Assembly: GCA_963713045.1 (NCBI GenBank)
Contig: CAVQKE010000004.1
Location: forward strand, 64,001-128,000
DNA length: 64,000 bases
Direction: 5' to 3'
Source of the DNA: an uncultured delta proteobacterium
Lineage (GTDB): Bacteria > Myxococcota > Myxococcia > Myxococcales > Myxococcaceae
The notes under the pieces were generated by a model, which saw only the letters and a list, made by a program, of their open reading frames with translations, had not been told where the DNA came from and made no database searches. Shown in pieces: positions 58,561-64,000 of this stretch (position 1 is the first letter of the stretch; each line of letters begins with the position of its first letter). The position numbers and the translations under genes were made by a program.

Positions 58561-60117
58561 ATGCCAGGCCCCTTCGTCCAGGATGTCGAGATTGCGCGGT
58601 CGCGGGAGGTGGCTCAGCAAGTCATCGAGCCTGTCTTCGACCTCATTCGACGCAACACCACGGTGTCTGTGGAGCGCACGGTGCTGCGGCTGTTTGGCAT
58701 GTCCGACGCGGGTCCGGGTGGTGTTCCGCTTCCCAACGTGATGACCGACCGGCTGAAGGCGGCCGGGGTGCTGAACCGGGGTGCGGCCTATTGGTATGGG
58801 CGTGCCCTGCAGCTCGGCGCGCGCAGTCCGCTGGATGCGGTGGAGCGCATTGCCGCTTTGCCCCGAGAGCAACTTCAACCGCTCTCGGCCGAAGTGGAAG
58901 GCAATCTCCGCCAGGCGGTGCGCCGCGAAGCCAAGTCCGCCACCGAGGAGTTGAGCCGGCGCATCGCCCAGCGGGACGCGCTGCGCGCGCAATTCCCGAT
59001 GTCCCCCGCGCCCCACAAGTACGTCATCGTCGCGACCGGCAACATTTACGACGACGTCGACCAGGCGCGGGCGGCGGCGCAGGCCGGGGCCGACGTCATC
59101 GCCGTCATCCGCAGCACTGCGCAATCGCTTCTCGACTACGTCCCTCACGGGGCCACCACCGAGGGCTATGGCGGCACCTACGCCACCCAAGAAAACTTCC
59201 GCATCATGCGCGAGGCGCTGGACGAGGAGACGCGGCGGCTGAAGCGCTACATCCAGCTCACCAATTATTCGTCCGGTCTGTGCATGGCAGAAATTGCGTT
59301 CTGCGCGGCGTACGAGCGGCTGGACATGCTTCTCAACGACGCGATGTACGGCATCCTCTTCCGCGACATCAACATGCGGCGGACGTTCATCGACCAGTAC
59401 TTCAGCCGCCGCATCTGTGCCTTGGCGGGAATCATCATCAACACCGGCGAGGACAACTACATCACCACCGCCGACGCCTATGACGCCGCCCACACCGTCA
59501 TCGCCAGCCAATTCATCAACGAGGCCTTCGCCCGCCGGGCGGGACTGAAGGACTGGCAACTCGGGCTCGGGCACAGCTATGAGATTGACCCGGCGCGCCC
59601 GCAGACGCTTTTGCTCGAGTTGAGCCAAGCGATGCTGGTGCGGCGCTGCTTTCCAGACGCTCCGCTGAAGTACATGCCGCCGACCAAGCACAAGGAGACG
59701 GACATCTTCTTCAGCCACGCCTATGACGTGATGGCGGACTTGGTGGCCATCTGGACGCGGCAGGGGATTCAGCTCCTCGGGATGATGACCGAGGCGATGC
59801 ACACGCCGCTGCTCGCCGACCGCTACGTCGCACTCAAGTCGGCGGCCTACATCCACCGGGCGGCGCGCGGCATCGACCAGGAGTTTACGGTGCGCGAGGA
59901 CGGTAAAATCGCCGAGCGGGCCCGCAGCGTTTTCGGGCGCGCGATGGAGCTTCTCGATGAGTGCCGGCGGGAGGGTCTGGTGGCGGCCATCGGCCAGGGC
60001 CGCTTCGGCGACGTGAAGCGCACCGAGACCGGGGGCAAGGGCCTGGAAGGGGTGGTGGAGAAAGCCCCGGATTATTTCAATCCCTTCCTTGAGATTCTCG
60101 AAGGAACCTCGAGATGA
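58561..60117 (+). CDS. kamD: Lysine 5,6-aminomutase alpha subunit
   Basis: TTVSVER, IVATGNIYDD, GTYATQENF, NTGEDNY, KYMPPTK, MMTEA. Confidence 0.95.
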   Translation: MPGPFVQDVEIARSREVAQQVIEPVFDLIRRNTTVSVERTVLRLFGMSDAGPGGVPLPNVMTDRLKAAGVLNRGAAYWYGRALQLGARSPLDAVERIAALPREQLQPLSAEVEGNLRQAVRREAKSATEELSRRIAQRDALRAQFPMSPAPHKYVIVATGNIYDDVDQARAAAQAGADVIAVIRSTAQSLLDYVPHGATTEGYGGTYATQENFRIMREALDEETRRLKRYIQLTNYSSGLCMAEIAFCAAYERLDMLLNDAMYGILFRDINMRRTFIDQYFSRRICALAGIIINTGEDNYITTADAYDAAHTVIASQFINEAFARRAGLKDWQLGLGHSYEIDPARPQTLLLELSQAMLVRRCFPDAPLKYMPPTKHKETDIFFSHAYDVMADLVAIWTRQGIQLLGMMTEAMHTPLLADRYVALKSAAYIHRAARGIDQEFTVREDGKIAERARSVFGRAMELLDECRREGLVAAIGQGRFGDVKRTETGGKGLEGVVEKAPDYFNPFLEILEGTSR

Positions 60118-60896
60118 GTTCCGGCAAGCAGCTGATTCGCGCCTATGGAGACCGCCGGGAGGACGGCGTTCTGCAGCTGTCCTTCACGCTGCCGGTGCCG
60201 ATGTCGGAGAAGGCCAAGGAGGCGGCCCGGCAGTACTGCCGTGCACTTGGCCTCGAGGACGTGAAGGTGGCCTCGGCCGAACCGGCGGCCCGGCAGTACA
60301 CCTTTTTCGTCGTCTACGCGCGGAGCCCGGTGGCGCTGGACTACGCAGCCATCGACGTGCCGGAAGTGGTCTTCAAGAAGCTTGGGTTTGACGACTTGAA
60401 TGAGTTGATTCGCACCGAGATTGGCAGAAGGGTGGTGGTCGTCGGAGCCTGCACCGGGACCGACACCCACACCGTGGGCATCGACGCCATCCTCAACATG
60501 AAGGGGTACGCTGGGGACTACGGGCTCGAGCGCTACCCGGGTTTCGAGGCGTTCAACCTCGGCAGCCAAGTGCCCAACGAGGAGCTCATCCGCCGGGCGG
60601 TGTCTCAGCGGGCCGACGCGATTCTCGTCTCTCAGGTGGTGACACAGCGCGACGTCCACAAGGACAACAGCCGGCACTTCATCGACGCGGCGAAGGCGGC
60701 GGGGCTGCCCGGCAAAACGCTGCTTCTCCTCGGTGGGCCGAGGGTTGACCACAAGCTGGCCCTGGAGCTTGGCTTTGACGCCGGCTTCGGCGCTGGCACC
60801 AAGCCTTCGGACGTGGCCAACTTCATCGTCCACGCGTTGCTCAAGCGACTGGACAAGGAGCCGCCCGGCCTTCATTACGAAGGAGAGCCGACGTGA
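60114..60896 (+). CDS. kamE: Lysine 5,6-aminomutase beta subunit (B12-binding)
   Basis: YGD..DG..QLSFTLP, DTHTVG (DxHxxG), NMKG PLP lysine. Confidence 0.95.
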   Translation: MSSGKQLIRAYGDRREDGVLQLSFTLPVPMSEKAKEAARQYCRALGLEDVKVASAEPAARQYTFFVVYARSPVALDYAAIDVPEVVFKKLGFDDLNELIRTEIGRRVVVVGACTGTDTHTVGIDAILNMKGYAGDYGLERYPGFEAFNLGSQVPNEELIRRAVSQRADAILVSQVVTQRDVHKDNSRHFIDAAKAAGLPGKTLLLLGGPRVDHKLALELGFDAGFGAGTKPSDVANFIVHALLKRLDKEPPGLHYEGEPT

Positions 60897-61288
60897 ACCA
60901 TCCGAGTGCGCTCCTCCGCGTGCGCCTCAGCAGCCACGACGCCCACTACGGCGGCCAGCTGGTGGATGGCGCCCGACTGCTGGGGCTTTTCGGGGACGTG
61001 GCGACGGAGCTGTGCATCCTTTTGGACGGAGACGAGGGGCTGTTTCGCGCCTACGACAGTGTCGAATTCCTCGCTCCGGCCTTTGCCGGAGACTTTGTCG
61101 AAGCCGAAGGCTGGGTGACGGAGGTGGGGCGCACCAGCCGAAAAATGCGCTTCGAGGCCCGCAAAGTCATTCGGCCGCTGCCGGAGGTGTCGAATTCGGC
61201 GGCGGAGAGACTGACCGAGCCCATCGTCATCTGCCGCGCCACGGGCACCTGCGTGGTGCCCTTGGCCAAGCAGCGGGGAAAGCCTTGA
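60893..61288 (+). CDS. kal: 3-aminobutyryl-CoA ammonia-lyase (hotdog fold)
   Basis: [27 protein letters not shown]. Confidence 0.93.
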   Translation: MNHPSALLRVRLSSHDAHYGGQLVDGARLLGLFGDVATELCILLDGDEGLFRAYDSVEFLAPAFAGDFVEAEGWVTEVGRTSRKMRFEARKVIRPLPEVSNSAAERLTEPIVICRATGTCVVPLAKQRGKP

Positions 61289-62109
61289 CGCCATACATCA
61301 TCACCGCGGCGATGGTGGGCGCGGAGACCAGCCGGGCGCAGACACCCTACTTACCCATTACGGCTGCTGAAATTGGCGTGGAGGCGGCTCGCTGCCGTGA
61401 AGCGGGCGCAGCCATGGTGCACGTCCACGTCCGCGAGGCCGACGGCACCCCCTCCCAGGACACGGAACTCTTCCGGGCGGCGGTGCGGGAAATTCGCAAG
61501 CGGTGCGACATTCTCATCCAAACCTCGACCGGGGGTGCGGTGGGGATGGACGTGGACCAGCGGTGCGGGCCGCTCCGCCTCACTGGGGCCGAGCGTCCGG
61601 ACATGGCCACCCTCACCACCGGCTCGGTCAACTTCGGGGATGAGGTCTTCTCCAACCCGCGGCCCTTGGTGCGGGAAATTGCGCGTCGTATCCGGGCCCT
61701 CGGCATCCGCCCGGAGATTGAGTGCTTTGACGCGGGCATGGTGGAGGAGGCGGAGGCCTTGGCCAAGGAGGGGTTGGTGGACTTGCCGGCCCACTATGAC
61801 TTCGTCCTCGGGGTGCCGGGCGCGTTGGGGGCCAGCGAGCGCGCGTTGGACTTCCTCATTGCCTGCCTGCCGCCAGGAAGCACCTTCACCGTCGCTGGCG
61901 TGGGAAGGCACCAGCTGGGGATGGCCGAGCTGGCCAGCCACAAGGGCGGGCACGGACGGGTGGGGCTGGAGGACAACATTTACCTGTCCAAGGGCGTGCT
62001 GGCCAAAGGCAGCTGGGAGCTGGTGGCCGAGGCGGCGCGCCGGGCGCGGGCCGCGGGCCGGGACATCGCCACCCCGGCCATGGCGCGGGAGTTGCTGCGG
62101 CTGGGCTAG
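61285..62109 (+). CDS. kce: 3-keto-5-aminohexanoate cleavage enzyme
   Basis: TTG start overlapping kal stop; [25 protein letters not shown]. Confidence 0.92.
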   Translation: MTPYIITAAMVGAETSRAQTPYLPITAAEIGVEAARCREAGAAMVHVHVREADGTPSQDTELFRAAVREIRKRCDILIQTSTGGAVGMDVDQRCGPLRLTGAERPDMATLTTGSVNFGDEVFSNPRPLVREIARRIRALGIRPEIECFDAGMVEEAEALAKEGLVDLPAHYDFVLGVPGALGASERALDFLIACLPPGSTFTVAGVGRHQLGMAELASHKGGHGRVGLEDNIYLSKGVLAKGSWELVAEAARRARAAGRDIATPAMARELLRLG

Positions 62110-62175
62110 GGCGCCGTTGCCTGGGGGGGGTTCATCTCGACGTCCGTAGTCCGCGTGGTGTAGGCGGGGGTTCCC

Positions 62176-63839
62176 ATGGACGCTCTTCTTCTGGCCGGTG
62201 TTGCCCTCCTCCTGGCTTCCAACCCCCCGCCCGCGCCGGACTTAAAACAGCTGGAGAAACTGCAGGCCCAGTACGCACCGGTGGACCTGACGGTGGACGT
62301 TTCCAGCCTTCCAGAGAACGAACAAAAGGCGCTCGCGCGGCTGGTGCAGGCGGCGCGTCTGATGGATGGGGTTTTTCTCCGCCAAACCTGGGCGGGAAGT
62401 CCCTCGCTGCTGCTGGGCCTCGCCCGGGTCTCGACACCGCTGGGAGCGGCCAGGCTGCATTACTTCCTCACCAACGCCGGGCCGTGGGACCGGCTGAACA
62501 ACGACCGGCCCTTCGTCGAGGGCGTGCCGGACAAGCCGGCCGCCGCCAACTTCTACCCCGCGGGCGCAACCAAGGAGCAGGTGTCGGCCTGGGAGGCGTC
62601 TCTCCCCCCGGAGCAGCGCGCGACGGCCGGTGGCTTCTACACCACCATCCGGCGAGCGCCCGACGGAAGCCTGACGGCTGTCCCCTACAGCCTGGAATAC
62701 CAGGGCGAGTTGGCTTTGGCAGCGAGCTCTTGCGGGAGGCGGCCGCTCTCACCACTCAGCCGACGCTGAAGGCCTTTCTCAGCAAACGCGCCGACGCCTT
62801 TGTCAGCAACGACTACTATGCCTCCGACGTCGCCTGGATGGAGCTCGACTCTCGCATTGAGCCGACCATCGGTCCTTACGAGGTTTACGAGGACGAGTGG
62901 TTTAATGCGAAGGCGGCCTTCGAGGCCTTCATCACCGTTCGCGACGACGAGGCCTCCGCCAAGCTTTCCCGTTTTGGGGGCGAGCTGCAGGGGCTGGAAA
63001 ACACCCTACCGCTCGAGGACCGTTTCAAGAATCCGAAGCTGGGTGCGCTGGCGCCGATTCGGGTGGTGAACAGCGTGTTTTCCTCGGGAGATGCGAACCG
63101 CGGCGTGCAGACGGCGGCCTACAACCTCCCCAACGACGAGCGGGTGGTGAAGGAGAAGGGGAGCAAGCGGGTGATGTTGAAGAACGTCCAGGAAGCCAAA
63201 TACCAACGCACGCTGATTCCCATCGCGTTGGTGGCGTTGACCGTGCAGGAGCAGACGCTGGTGTCCTTCGATGCCTTCTTCACCCACATCCTGATGCACG
63301 AGCTGATGCATGGTTTGGGGCCGCACAACATCCAAGTGGACGGCCGCGCCACGACCGTCCGCCAGGAGCTGCAGGACAGCTACAGCGCCCTGGAGGAGGC
63401 CAAGGCGGACATTTCCGGGATGTGGGCGCTGCAGCAGTTGGTCAACCGCGGCGTCACTGACAAGTCCATGGAGCGTTCCATGTACGTCACCTTCCTCGCC
63501 TCGGCCTTCCGCTCGCTGCGCTTCGGGCTGACCGAGGCCCACGGAAAAGGGGTGGCGCTGCAGGTCAATTGGCTCCTCGACCACGGGGCCTACCGGGTGG
63601 AGCCGGATGGGCGCTTCTCGGTGGTGGCAGCAAAAATCCAGGAGGGAGTCCGCTCTCTCACCGAGGAGATTCTTTCCATCCAAGCGAAGGGAGACCGAGT
63701 GCGCGCGCGGGCCCTGCTCCAGCGGTTGGGCGTCATCCGGCCGGAAGTGAAACGGGTGCTCGACCGTCTCGGCAATGTGCCGGTGGACATTGCCCCCCAC
63801 TTCGCCACCGCTGAGCATCTGGCGGCGCAGTTCCCGTAA
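62176..63839 (+). CDS. Secreted peptidase M49 / DPP-III-like metallopeptidase (one indel near 62723)
   Basis: Signal peptide; NAGPWDRL, NFYP, IGPYEVYED, NLPNDER, HELMHGLG, LEEAKAD, across two frames. Confidence 0.85.
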
Positions 63840-63898
63840 GGCTTCCCGCCATTGGGCGGCGTAGGGTGCTCCGGCTCGGCTAGAGTTGCCCGGGTCCC

Positions 63899-64000
63899 GT
63901 GTCCGAACGTCTCGTCGTCGATTCTTTGGGAGTCAGCTTCGGCCGGACCGAGGTGCTGCGTGGCTTGAGCTTTTCGGTGCCCGACGGGTCCAGCATGGCC
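63899..64000 (+). CDS. ABC transporter ATP-binding protein, 5' part
   Basis: MSERLVVDSLGVSFGRTEVLRGLSFSVPDGSSMA, typical pre-Walker-A segment. Confidence 0.7.
   Translation, partial: MSERLVVDSLGVSFGRTEVLRGLSFSVPDGSSMA

Overview
GC-rich bacterial DNA with a myxobacterial (Myxococcota, Anaeromyxobacter/Myxococcus-like) gene complement. Housekeeping-type genes lie at both ends. Left: quinone oxidoreductase, yacG, PHP tyrosine phosphatase, LPG-synthase-like gene, RHH protein. Right: TolC, PP2C-cNMP phosphatase, coaBC, UDG, lysine-degradation genes kdd-kamDE-kal-kce, and a DPP-III-like peptidase. Between them is a ~45 kb accessory region around a tRNA-Met(CAT). Its core looks like a low-oxygen energy island: a complete Thermus-type V/A-ATP synthase operon, HemG-like and HemN O2-independent heme enzymes, a group 1 membrane-bound [NiFe]-hydrogenase with full hyp maturation genes, a globin-coupled histidine kinase, an NtrC-type sigma54 activator and USPs. 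Three main discoveries. (1) A stand-alone crotonase inside the hyp operon appears to keep the Tyr/Glu pair of the HypX CO-releasing domain but has no formyltransferase domain, making it a candidate minimal CO-ligand synthase. (2) A palindrome SCGCA-N5-TGCGS plus a sigma54 -24/-12 promoter sits upstream of six island transcription units, suggesting an NmpR-like O2 regulon extended to hydrogenase and ATP synthase. (3) The globin kinase looks like an NmpU-sensor/NmpS-kinase chimera. Many small indels in the hydrogenase genes could be assembly errors or real decay. Homology calls come from recalled motifs; no searches were run.
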